From: a bacterium
GTDB lineage: Bacteria > UBA8248
NCBI GenBank assembly: GCA_965204535.1
Contig: CBDBEV010000001.1
Location: 192,001-256,000, forward strand
DNA: 64,000 nucleotides
Direction: 5' to 3'
Shown: positions 1 to 9,070 of the stretch, piece by piece
Layout of the letters: every line of letters starts with the position of its first letter
Numbering within the stretch: position 1 is the first letter of the stretch
Made by a program: the position numbers and the translations under genes
Notes under the pieces: generated by a model
What the model was told of the DNA's origin: nothing
Databases searched by the model: none
The model's input: only the letters and a program-made list of their open reading frames with translations

Positions 1-426
1 TCTCTTATAGACGAGAAGAATCGCCCCGATCATGATGGCCAGCGTACCGACGGCTACGCCCGCTGAGAACCGCTCGCCCAGTATGAACACCCCCATGAGC
101 GCCGACCACACCAGGACCGACTGCACCATGATCTGCGTTCGCGCCAGGCCGATCAGGCGCATCGAGCCGAAAATCATATAGCGCCCGATAGAACTCCCGA
201 ACAGGCCGATGAGCATGTACCACATGACGCCCTTCAAATGCCATGTAACGCTCTCGTCCCATGCGAGGTAGAGCACGCTCGCCAGCATCGCGGAGAGGAC
301 GTTCATCGCGATGGCCGCAATCGCAGGGCCGATGTGGATCAACGCTTTTCGATAGAATACCTGGGAGATGGCGACGAAAAACGCCGCGATGAACGACAGG
401 AGGTTCGGGTCCAAGGATTTGAGCAA
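1..426 (-). CDS. EamA/DMT family transporter (5' part; runs off the window)
   Basis: Manual translation of an open minus-strand frame missing from the ORF track: LDPNLLSFIAAFFVAISQVFYRKAL...VWSALMGVFILGERFS...GAILLVYKR. Multi-TM pattern with the LGE motif. Probable TTG start at 426 after AAGGGG. Confidence 0.8.
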   Translation of the reverse strand, partial: MLKSLDPNLLSFIAAFFVAISQVFYRKALIHIGPAIAAIAMNVLSAMLASVLYLAWDESVTWHLKGVMWYMLIGLFGSSIGRYMIFGSMRLIGLARTQIMVQSVLVWSALMGVFILGERFSAGVAVGTLAIMIGAILLVYKR

Positions 427-651
427 AACGACCCCTTGAAAAGAACAATCCGTCCGGCGCTGCCGGATAATGAAGCCGCCGAAGCGGGCGTCAAGCCCGC
501 ACCCTACTCATCCAGATCGCAAAAACCGGAGAATCGTCCACGGCTCGTTCCGGCAGGTATCACACGAGGGCGCGGGAAGACGCATCCGCGCAGAGGCCAA
601 TGAGCGGAGCGGCTCTCTGAACGGCCGGCGGGAAAAATTTTCCCTCTTCGT

Positions 652-2547
652 CTAGGCGGGAGGATAACCCAGTCCGGCGAGCGCTTCCGTGATCTCGGGC
701 AGGATGGCCGGGTCGTCGATGGTGGCCGGCATCTTGTATTCCTCGCCATCGGCGATGCACGCCATCGTGCCCCGCAGAATCTTGCCCGAGCGCGTCTTGG
801 GCAGGCGCTTCACCACCGTCGCCTGGCGGAAGGAAGCGACCGCGCCGATCTGCTGGCGAACGAGCTGCACCACCTCGCCGACGATTTCCTCGTTTTCCTT
901 CTCGACGCCCGCCTTGAGCACCAGGAAACCGAGCGGGAGTTGACCCTTGAGCTGGTCCTTCACGCCGATGACCGCGCACTCGGCCACGTCGGGATGGGCC
1001 GATAAAACCTCTTCCATACCGCCCGTGGAAAGCCTGTGGCCCGCCACATTGATGATGTCGTCCGTCCTCGACATCACGTAGACATAGCCTTCCTCGTCCA
1101 TGTATCCCGCGTCGCCCGTCTTGTAGAAGCCCGGATACTCGCTCAGATAGGAGTCGACGTAGCGCTCGTCCGCGTTCCACAGCGTGGGCAGACATCCGGG
1201 CGGCAAGGGAAGCCGGACGCACAGCGCGCCCATCTCGCCCGTACCCAGTTCGCGGCACTCGCTGTCCAGGACCTTGAAGTCAAAGCCGGGCACCGGCTTC
1301 GAGGGAGAACCGTACTTGACGGGCATGTGCTCGATGCCCATGGGATTCGCCAGCATCGGCCATCCGGTCTCCGTCTGCCAGTAGTGGTCGATGACGGGAA
1401 CCTTCAGGTGCTCCTCCGCCCACTGAATCGTGTCCGGGTCGGAGCGCTCCCCGGCCAGGAAAAGAATGCGGAAACGGCTGAGGTCATAATTTTTCATGAG
1501 TTCGGCGTCGGGATCGTCTCGCTTGATCGCGCGGAACGCCGTGGGCGCGGTGAAGAAGACCTCCACCCCGTGCTCGGAGATGATGCGCCAGAAAACACCC
1601 GCATCGGGCGTGCCCACGGGCTTGCCCTCGAAGAGGATGGTCGTGCAGCCGTGAACCAGCGGCGCATAGACGATATAGGAATGCCCCACCACCCAGCCGA
1701 CGTCGGACGCCGCCCAGTACACCTCACCCGGCGACACGTCGTACACGTTTCGCATCGACCACTTGAGCGCCACGAGATGGCCGCCGTTGTCCCGCACCAC
1801 GCCTTTGGGCTCGCCCGTCGTGCCCGAGGTATAGAGAATATACAGCGGGTCCGTAGCGGCGAGGGGCACGCAGTCCGCAGGGGCCGCGCCTTCGAGTGAA
1901 TCGCTCCACTCGATATCGCGGCCCTCGATGAGTTCCGCCTCGACCTGGGAGCGCTGCAGAATGATGCACTTTTCAGGCTTCGTGCTGGACAGGTTTATCG
2001 CCTCATCGAGCAGGGGCTTGTAGGCGATGACGCCCGAGGGCTCGACCCCGCACGAGGCGGATACCATGAGCTTGGGTTTCGCGTCCTCGATTCGCGTGGC
2101 CAGCTCGTTCGGCGCGAAGCCGCCGAAAACGACCGAGTGCACCGCGCCGATGCGAGCGCAGGCCAGCATGGCGATGACGGCTTCGGGCACCATCGGCATG
2201 TAGATGATGACGCGGTCGCCCTTCTCCACACCTTGGGCCCTGAGAGCGCCGGCGAAATGCGCCACCTTGTGCTGCAATTCCCTAAAAGTAATCTTCTGGG
2301 TGGGTTCGCCCGTGATGGGCGTGTCGTATATCAGCGCGAGCTGATCCCCGCGCCCCGCCTCGACGTGCCGGTCGACCGTGTTGTAGCAGGTGTTGACCTC
2401 GCCTCCCGTGAACCAGCGGTAAAAGGGCGGATTCGAGTCGTCGAGCACCTTGTCCCACTTCTTGTACCAGTGGATATCCTCCGCCGCTTCCGCCCAGAAG
2501 GCCTCCGCCTCCGAGAGGGAGCGGCCGTGAACCTCTGCATAACCCAT
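652..2547 (-). CDS. prpE: Propionate--CoA ligase / acyl-CoA synthetase
   Basis: 631 aa. YTSGTTGEPKG AMP-binding motif, YWAASDVGWVVGHSY, WQTETG, LPKTRSGKI. Confidence 0.85.
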   Translation of the reverse strand: MGYAEVHGRSLSEAEAFWAEAAEDIHWYKKWDKVLDDSNPPFYRWFTGGEVNTCYNTVDRHVEAGRGDQLALIYDTPITGEPTQKITFRELQHKVAHFAGALRAQGVEKGDRVIIYMPMVPEAVIAMLACARIGAVHSVVFGGFAPNELATRIEDAKPKLMVSASCGVEPSGVIAYKPLLDEAINLSSTKPEKCIILQRSQVEAELIEGRDIEWSDSLEGAAPADCVPLAATDPLYILYTSGTTGEPKGVVRDNGGHLVALKWSMRNVYDVSPGEVYWAASDVGWVVGHSYIVYAPLVHGCTTILFEGKPVGTPDAGVFWRIISEHGVEVFFTAPTAFRAIKRDDPDAELMKNYDLSRFRILFLAGERSDPDTIQWAEEHLKVPVIDHYWQTETGWPMLANPMGIEHMPVKYGSPSKPVPGFDFKVLDSECRELGTGEMGALCVRLPLPPGCLPTLWNADERYVDSYLSEYPGFYKTGDAGYMDEEGYVYVMSRTDDIINVAGHRLSTGGMEEVLSAHPDVAECAVIGVKDQLKGQLPLGFLVLKAGVEKENEEIVGEVVQLVRQQIGAVASFRQATVVKRLPKTRSGKILRGTMACIADGEEYKMPATIDDPAILPEITEALAGLGYPPA

Positions 2548-3145
2548 GCTTTGTCCTCCAAGCTGAAAACTCTTCTTTTTCAGTTATATATCTGTATTTT
2601 TCTATTATCGTCAAAAGTTCATTGTAACAAATTCCGCCCCTGTTTGCGCGGCCGGGCGGAACGATTCCCGCTTGTCTGCGCTCAAGGCCGGCGCTGGGGG
2701 CGAATGCGGGCTTTTGCGGGCAAATGCAGGGGCGCCTGAAAAACTTTTTTTACCCCTGAATCTTAGTGCGAGACGCTCAGATTTAATTGATAACCCTTTT
2801 GATTACAATTATTTATCTGTACATTATTTTTCAGAAATTTATCGAAAAACCCCGTGAATTTATCGTATTTTTCAGTAATTCCGCGCGCGCGAAGCGCCGG
2901 ATCCGTTCGCCGGCCGAACCCGGGCCGCCGGGTCCGTCTGCTTTGCCCTGTGAAAGTCCATCCTGCCCGAGCCCATCGGAACTCCTCCCGTTCGCGCGCC
3001 CGATTCTGCCCGGCGCGGGCGCAGGCCCGGTAACGCCAACTGCGGGGAAATGCGGGTGCAGACCCGGCTCGCCTCTCTCTCGACTTGAAAACCACCCCCC
3101 TAACCCCCTTAACAGGGGGTAAAAACAAAAAAACCCTTCCGACGA

Positions 3146-3317
3146 GAGGTCGTTGAAAAAGCCCCCCGACGAGGGAAAATTTGTTTGTGTGTAGGGGTCG
3201 CATACATGCGACCCTGCTTTTTTCACCTACTGCAAGGGCCGCATGTATGCGGCCCCTACACTCCCTTCGGCAAGTCGGAATCCCGTTGCCGTTATTGCAG
3301 GGTTTTTCAACGACCCC
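3146..3317. mobile_element. MITE-like element carrying a GTAG palindrome pair
   Basis: Ends GAGGTCGTTGAAAAA / TTTTTCAACGACCCC (14/15 inverted). Internal TGTAGGGGTCGCATACATGCGACCC...GGGCCGCATGTATGCGGCCCCTACA at 3190-3260. Confidence 0.65.
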
Positions 3318-3498
3318 GACAAGGGGGTTGGGGGTTACTACCCCGGCACAGAGGTGTCGAAAAAGCCCACACAGGGCCCTGCAATTGGAGGGTTTGTACG
3401 GACAGGTCGTGACCTGTACTTGCGAAGTGGAACCACGGGGATCGACATATTCGATACGGGCGGACACCCGGGTCCGCCCCTGCGAAACGACGCGCCGC

Positions 3499-4296
3499 TC
3501 ACCCCCTGCCCGCGATCATCTCCCAGACGTAGCTGAAGAGGAACAGCGCCGAAGCCGCCACGACGACGCAGGGACCTGCGGGCGCGTCCCATTCGAGCGA
3601 CGCCCAGAGGCCGGCCGCGACGGAGACGACCCCCGCCAGAACGGCGAGCGCCGCCATCTGCTCGGGTGTTTTGGAGAACCGCCGCGCCGCCGCCGGCGGT
3701 ATGATGAGCATCGAGATGATGAGCAGAATCCCGATCAGCTTCATGGCGACGGCGATGATGAAGGCGATCAGGATCATGAAGACGAGTTTCACGGCGAAGG
3801 TCGGGACCCCCTCGGCGCTCGCCAGTTCCTCGTTCACCGTGACGGCGAGAAGCCCCCGCCACAGCCACGCGAGCACGCCCAGCGCCGCCGCTCCGCCGAG
3901 ATATATCCACCACAAATCAAGCGCCCCGACCGCCAGGATGTCCCCGAAGAGATAGCCCATCAGGTCCACCCGGATCGTCTCCAGCAAGCTGACGGCGATG
4001 AAGCCCACCGCAAGCGCCATGTGGGCCAAGATGCCGAGCAGCGTGTCGGTGGAGAGTGTTTTCCGGCTCTGCAGAAAGACCAGGAGGATCGTGAGGCTCA
4101 TGCAGGAGATGAGGATGCCGAGCCGCAAGTCGATCCCGAAGGCGAAGCCTATCGCCACGCCGAGGAGCGCCGTGTGGGCCATGGAACTTCCAAAGTAGGC
4201 CATCTTGCGCCAGACGATGAAACAACCCACCGGGCCCGTCACCAGGGCGACGCCCACCCCGCCCATGAGCCCCCGGAACATGAAATCCTCCATCAC
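3499..4296 (-). CDS. znuB: Zinc ABC transporter permease
   Basis: GCFIVWRKMAYFGSSMAH, YLFGDIL, IIPPAAAR motifs; in operon with znuC and zur. Confidence 0.92.
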   Translation of the reverse strand: MMEDFMFRGLMGGVGVALVTGPVGCFIVWRKMAYFGSSMAHTALLGVAIGFAFGIDLRLGILISCMSLTILLVFLQSRKTLSTDTLLGILAHMALAVGFIAVSLLETIRVDLMGYLFGDILAVGALDLWWIYLGGAAALGVLAWLWRGLLAVTVNEELASAEGVPTFAVKLVFMILIAFIIAVAMKLIGILLIISMLIIPPAAARRFSKTPEQMAALAVLAGVVSVAAGLWASLEWDAPAGPCVVVAASALFLFSYVWEMIAGRG

Positions 4297-4308
4297 GCGC
4301 CTCCTTGA

Positions 4309-4599
4309 GGGGTTGTGAAAATCCCTGCAATGCCGGGTTCCCCGTCATTCCGGCCTTGGCCGGAATGACGAGCAAAAACACACCTTCCTTGAGTTTCATT
4401 TTCACTCCCCCCTTGAGGGGGAGTGAATTCCTTTCTCACCGGTCGGGTTCAACCCCCCCTACCCCCCCTTGTCAGGGGGGCAAGAAAAAGCAAAACCCCT
4501 CTACCGGCAGTGCGCGCCGCCTTTTTATACCCCCCTGACAAGGGGGGGTAGGGGGGGTTGCCTTTGTCCCCTGTTAAGAGGAACTTTCTCAACGGCCCC
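4309..4599. mobile_element. Composite MITE-like element between znuC and znuB
   Basis: Ends GGGGTTGTGAAAA / TTTCTCAACGGCCCC. Contains a GTCATTCCGGC hairpin, a TCACTCCCCCCTTGAGGGGGAGTGA palindrome and a 31-bp perfect inverted repeat (4450-4480 / 4530-4560). Confidence 0.65.
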
Positions 4600-5380
4600 C
4601 GTGGGAGTGCCGGGCTTCTTCGACCTCGACGGGGAGAATCTCTCCATCCGGACCGTGAACGTGGTCGTGCTTGTGGGTGTAGACGGCGAGGCTCTCGGCC
4701 GCATGCTTGCCGAACAGGGCGAGGTATTCGGGGTTTTTGCTCACGGCTTCGGGATGCCCCGTGCAGCAGATGTGCCTGTTGAGGCACACCACGCGGTCGG
4801 TGAACGCCATGACGAGGTGGAGGTCGTGCGAGATCAGGATGACGCCGCAGCCCCTGTCGTCCCTGATCTTCGCGATCAGGCGGTAGAGTTCGCTCTGCCC
4901 GTTGACGTCCACGTTCTGGATGGGCTCGTCGAGAACGAGCAGTTCGGGGTCTCGCAGCAGGGCGCGGGCGAGCAGCACGCGCTGGCGCTCTCCGCCGGAG
5001 AGGCTCTGGACGGGATGATCCAGCAGGTCTCCGGCGCCGACTTCCTCGAGGCTCTCCTCCATCTCCTTAGGCGAAGGCTTCTGCGTGAGGCGCAGCAATC
5101 TGCGCACGGTCAGCGGGAGCGAGTGGTCCACCTCGAAGGACTGGGGCAGGTAGCCGACCGAGAGTCCCTCTTTCCGGCGGACTTCTCCCGAATCGGGCTT
5201 GAGCAGGCCGAGCAGCACGCGGACGAGCGTGGTCTTGCCCGCGCCGTTCGGCCCGATGAGAGTGAGGATTTCAGCCGCTGAAATGTCGAGGCCCACGTTG
5301 TGGAGTATCGTCGTTTCGCCGATTCGGAGATGGAGGTTCGCGGCGGTGACGAGAGAGCGCCGCGCGTCATTTATCATCAT
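4589..5380 (-). CDS. znuC: Zinc ABC transporter ATP-binding protein
   Basis: Walker A GPNGAGKT, LSGGERQR, LDEP, C-terminal CLNRHICCTGHP and HKHDHVH. Confidence 0.93.
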   Translation of the reverse strand: MMINDARRSLVTAANLHLRIGETTILHNVGLDISAAEILTLIGPNGAGKTTLVRVLLGLLKPDSGEVRRKEGLSVGYLPQSFEVDHSLPLTVRRLLRLTQKPSPKEMEESLEEVGAGDLLDHPVQSLSGGERQRVLLARALLRDPELLVLDEPIQNVDVNGQSELYRLIAKIRDDRGCGVILISHDLHLVMAFTDRVVCLNRHICCTGHPEAVSKNPEYLALFGKHAAESLAVYTHKHDHVHGPDGEILPVEVEEARHSHGGR

Positions 5381-5855
5381 GACACTCCTTGCACCTGCCG
5401 CTGATTTCCATGACGGGCGTCTCCACCAGAAAACCGGCCCGGGTGGCGCTCGCCTCGATGGCCTCGCCGATTTCCTCGCTGTGCGTCTCGGCCACGGTTC
5501 CGCAGTCGCGGCAGATGAAGAACTGCGCCTTGTGGGCGTTCCCCGGTGTGGCGCAGCCCACGAACGCCTTTTGACTCTCGATGCGGTGGATGAGGCCGTG
5601 CTTCAGGAGGAAATCCAGCGCCCGGTAGACCGTGGGCGGGGCGCTTCGCCCTCCGTTCTCGTTCATACGCTCGAGCACGTCGTAGGCGCCCATGGGCGTA
5701 TGGCTCTCCCAGATGATCTCCAGCACCCGCCTCCTGAGCGGCGTGAGCCTCGCACCTCGCTCCCTGCAAAGCGCTTCGGCTTGTTCCAGGGCGCTCTCGA
5801 CGCAGGCCCCGTGGTCGCGATCCCTGCCGGGAGAATTCTTTTTCATCGATGTCAT
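5367..5855 (-). CDS. zur: Fur-family zinc uptake regulator
   Basis: RLTPLRRRVLE, PPTVYRALDFL, CRDC and CKEC; adjacent to znuABC. Confidence 0.9.
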   Translation of the reverse strand: MTSMKKNSPGRDRDHGACVESALEQAEALCRERGARLTPLRRRVLEIIWESHTPMGAYDVLERMNENGGRSAPPTVYRALDFLLKHGLIHRIESQKAFVGCATPGNAHKAQFFICRDCGTVAETHSEEIGEAIEASATRAGFLVETPVMEISGRCKECHDDK

Positions 5856-5865
5856 CTAAAGTTCC

Positions 5866-5899
5866 TTGACGAGCAAAATAGTAATGTTATATTATAACA
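5866..5899. promoter_or_regulatory. Zur box overlapping the znuA promoter
   Basis: Perfect 7-1-7 palindrome TGTTATA-T-TATAACA at 5885-5899, matching the proteobacterial Zur box, between divergent zur and znuA. TTGACG (-35) at 5866 puts the -10 region inside the box. Confidence 0.88.
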
Positions 5900-5946
5900 A
5901 ATAGAAAACTTATTCAATCCCATTTCACGCCGAAAGGAAAGAATTC

Positions 5947-7122
5947 ATGAATAGGATCGAATCCATGAAATATATGTTGTTCACTGCGGCCCTGACAATG
6001 ACGCTTATTGCGCGCCTGGCCGCCCCCGCATCGGCCGCGCCCAAGGTGGTGGCCTCCATCAAGCCGCTTCATTCGCTGGTCTCGGGCGTCATGAAGGGGG
6101 TCGGCGAACCTTATCTGCTGATAAAAGGCGCCGCTTCGCCGCATACGTTTTCGCTCAAACCCTCCGACGCCAGGGAGATCGAGCGGGCGCGCGTGATTTT
6201 CTGGGTGGGCGAGTCGCTCGCCCCGAGCCTCGAGCGGCCCCTCGAAGTTCTGCCGAAACGGGCGGAGGTCGTCGCCATGGCGGAGATAAAGGGTCTGAAG
6301 CTGTTGAAGCTCAGGGAAGGCGGCTTGTGGGAAGGGCACGACGATCATCACGGTGAGGACGAAAAAGGCGGCCACCACGACGAACATAAGCGCGGCATGG
6401 CCAAAAAAGACGACCATCACCACGATGAGGACAAACACGGCAAAGGCAAAGATGACCACCACAAGCATGAGCACGAAAAAGCCAAAGACGATCACCATGA
6501 TGATCGCAAACACGCTATGGCCAAAGACAAGCACCACGATGAACATAAACACGAGAAAGCCAAGGATGATCACCACGGCGAGAAGGCCGGGCATCATCAC
6601 AGCGATCTCGACGTTCACGTCTGGCTCGACCCCATGAACGCCAAGAAGTGGGTGCATGAAATCACGCATGAGCTCGAAGAGGCGGATCCTGCGAACAGCG
6701 AAAAATACGAGGCGAACGAAAAGAGGCTTATGGCTCGATTGGACGCCCTGCACGAGGAATTGAAAGGCACGCTCGCGCCCCTGAAAGGCGCGCCCTACAT
6801 CGTCTTTCACGATGCGTATCAATACTATGAGAAACGCTACGGGCTGAACGCCATCGGTTCGGTGACCATCTCGCCCGAGAACAAGCCGGGCGCGGCGCGC
6901 CTCGTCGAGATTCGCAAGAAGGTCAGGGACACGAAATCTATCTGCGTGTTCTCCGAGCCGCAGTTCGAACCCAAACTGGTGAGGGTCGTCATGGAGGGAA
7001 CGGGTGCCGGAACCGGTGTGCTCGACCCCTTGGGCGCGGATATTCCCGCCGGTGAGGACGCGTATTTCACCCTCCTGCGCAACATGGCGAAATCGCTCAA
7101 TACGTGTCTTTCGCGGAAATAA
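5947..7122 (+). CDS. znuA: Zinc ABC transporter substrate-binding protein with a long His-rich loop
   Basis: Signal peptide, VVASIKPLHSLV, SPHTFSLKPSD, HVWLDP, FHDAYQY, FSEPQF. Start may be at 5965. Confidence 0.93.
   Translation: MNRIESMKYMLFTAALTMTLIARLAAPASAAPKVVASIKPLHSLVSGVMKGVGEPYLLIKGAASPHTFSLKPSDAREIERARVIFWVGESLAPSLERPLEVLPKRAEVVAMAEIKGLKLLKLREGGLWEGHDDHHGEDEKGGHHDEHKRGMAKKDDHHHDEDKHGKGKDDHHKHEHEKAKDDHHDDRKHAMAKDKHHDEHKHEKAKDDHHGEKAGHHHSDLDVHVWLDPMNAKKWVHEITHELEEADPANSEKYEANEKRLMARLDALHEELKGTLAPLKGAPYIVFHDAYQYYEKRYGLNAIGSVTISPENKPGAARLVEIRKKVRDTKSICVFSEPQFEPKLVRVVMEGTGAGTGVLDPLGADIPAGEDAYFTLLRNMAKSLNTCLSRK
7045..7122 (+). repeat. Left copy of the znuA 3'-end direct repeat
   Basis: CCCGCCGGTGAGGACGCGTATTTCACCCTC (7045-7074) is identical to 14317-14346; similarity continues to the stop codon. 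Confidence 0.9.
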
Positions 7123-7362
7123 TTTGAGGCGGCGCTTCCCGGGGATATGAACCAGCCCGCTCTATTCCCCCCGCATATCCCCGGGAGCCGCCCGCTATTT
7201 TCGTAGCGGCGAACGGAACCGAAGGGAGTTTCGATGGTTCTGTAGCCGGACAGGCGCAGGAGTCTGTCCGGGCACCTGTGTGTGGTCGGTGAAGCAAGCG
7301 AGCCGGTCCAGCGCTTCATGGCGCATCGTGAACGGGAAATCTGAAAGGGAAAGGAGAAATCG

Positions 7363-8499
7363 GTGAAGGCGAGAGTTTTGTTATTGGCCGCCGCGGCCGC
7401 GCTTTTCTGGCACGCGCCCGCCCTGGCTCAACAGTCCGTCGAGGAACGCCTCCTCAACATGGAAAAGCGCATCAGGCAGTTGGAAGAGCGCGTCTCCGCG
7501 CAGGATAAGGTAATTGCCGAGAAAGACAAGCAAATAGCCAGGCTCACCGGTGGAGACAAGTGGTTCGAAGCCGTGGAAATCGGTGGCGTCATAGATCTCA
7601 GAGGAATCGTGACCAGCCCCCCCGAGGGAGATAACGAAACAGATTTGGTCGTGGACTCGCTCGAAATCGGCATTGGCGCCCAGGTGAGCGATTGGGTAAA
7701 CGCAGAGGTCGTGCTCCTCTGGGAACAGGGCGAGGGTCCCGTGGACGTCGATACCGCGACGGTGACGATAGGCCCGCCCGAGGGCGCATGGTCCATCACG
7801 GGTGGCCAGCTCTACGTTCCGTTCGGCGCCTTCGAGACGAACCTGATCTCCGACCCCCTGACGCTCGACATCGGCGAGACGAGACAGACCGCCTTCCAAC
7901 TCGACGCTTCGGCCGGCGCGCTGAGCGGGTCGGTATTCGTCTTCAAGGGCGACAACATGGAAGACGGCGACAACCTCATCCAGGGCTTCGGTTTCGCGGC
8001 GGGCTATTCGGTCGAGACGGACAGCTTCGAGCTTGGGCTGAATCTCTCCTACACCAACGACCTGGGTGATTCGGACGGCTTGGAGGTCGAAGGTGCGGAA
8101 GGCTACGACCGCGTTGCGGGCATTTCGGCGAGCGCGACCCTGACGATTGGAAGCGTCTCGGTGCTCGGCGAGTATCTGGGAGCGATGGATACGTTTGGCG
8201 CGGACTATGTTGCGTTCGGCGACTACGGCGCGAAACCATCCGCCTGGATGGTCGAGGCGGCCTACGGGTTCGAGTTGGCCGGCAAGGAGGCGACGCTGGC
8301 CGCCAGCTACCAGACGACGGATGAGGCGCTGGCGCTTGAGTTGCCGAAAAAACGCATGCTGGTCGGACTTTCGTCCGAGGTGATGGACGGGCTCTCTCTG
8401 GGCTTCGAGTGGGCGCGTGATACGGACTACGGCGCCGATGAAGGCGGAAGCGGCGAGCACACCGACAACTTCACCGTCCAGTTGGCCGCCGAATTTTAG
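7363..8499 (+). CDS. Outer-membrane beta-barrel porin, LbtU-like
   Basis: Signal peptide, N-terminal coiled coil, GQLYVPFGAFETNLISDPLTLDIGET motif, C-terminal Phe (QLAAEF). GTG start after AAGGAG. Confidence 0.75.
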   Translation: MKARVLLLAAAAALFWHAPALAQQSVEERLLNMEKRIRQLEERVSAQDKVIAEKDKQIARLTGGDKWFEAVEIGGVIDLRGIVTSPPEGDNETDLVVDSLEIGIGAQVSDWVNAEVVLLWEQGEGPVDVDTATVTIGPPEGAWSITGGQLYVPFGAFETNLISDPLTLDIGETRQTAFQLDASAGALSGSVFVFKGDNMEDGDNLIQGFGFAAGYSVETDSFELGLNLSYTNDLGDSDGLEVEGAEGYDRVAGISASATLTIGSVSVLGEYLGAMDTFGADYVAFGDYGAKPSAWMVEAAYGFELAGKEATLAASYQTTDEALALELPKKRMLVGLSSEVMDGLSLGFEWARDTDYGADEGGSGEHTDNFTVQLAAEF

Positions 8500-8672
8500 C
8501 CGGCGCCAGGGTACGGACAGACCTTGCGGAGAGGAGATTCCCCGCAATTCGGCGTGGGGCGGCAGCCGGTGTGCCCCGGCCGCACAAGCAGGGTGTGGTA
8601 TTCGCTGAAAAACAGGGATAGCAGGGTCATCATCCACCGTTTGAAAGACGCAATCCAGGAGGAACCTGAAGG

Positions 8673-9050
8673 ATGAACATCGCATACGTTTTCGCCACCG
8701 ACATGTCGGCGACCTACAAGCTGGGCACCATGATCCTGCCGCAACTCGAAGCCGGCAACCACGGGGTGAACGTCGTCGGCATGTTCTTCTTCGACGACAA
8801 CCTGTTCTGCCTGCGCGAGGGCGACGAGGTGGGCGAGCGACTGGCCAAGGTCGCCGCGGAGCAGAACATCCTCCTCATGGTCTGCGATCAGTGCGCCGTG
8901 CGGCGCAACCTCGCCGAGGGCACGTTCGAACAGTGCGGCTCCGGCGACGTCAAGGCGAAGGGCCTGGTGGCCGGTGTGGGCGCCGGTTGTTTCCCGCAGC
9001 TATACGCAGCGCTCGCCCCCGCCGCGCCCGACCTGGTCATCACCCTTTGA
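8673..9050 (+). CDS. DsrE-related protein, SaoD-like
   Basis: [43 protein letters not shown]-terminus; RBS GGAGG. Confidence 0.75.
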   Translation: MNIAYVFATDMSATYKLGTMILPQLEAGNHGVNVVGMFFFDDNLFCLREGDEVGERLAKVAAEQNILLMVCDQCAVRRNLAEGTFEQCGSGDVKAKGLVAGVGAGCFPQLYAALAPAAPDLVITL

Positions 9051-9070
9051 GTGAGGGAACCAAAGTGCCC

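Noticed and set aside
5-448. ORF-track 147-aa protein
   Set aside because: Wrong frame; the EamA-like reading is in another minus frame that runs off the window.
2763-3536. ORFs across the prpE-znuB gap and similar ORFs over other repeat clusters
   Set aside because: They are translations of repeat DNA (VGVAYMRP, PPYPPLSGG peptides recur wherever the repeats occur).
7381-8685. Long antisense ORFs (e.g. 7381-8685, 10356-11753, 53038-54699)
   Set aside because: Shadow frames of GC-rich genes with no motifs; the opposite strand has clear family signatures.
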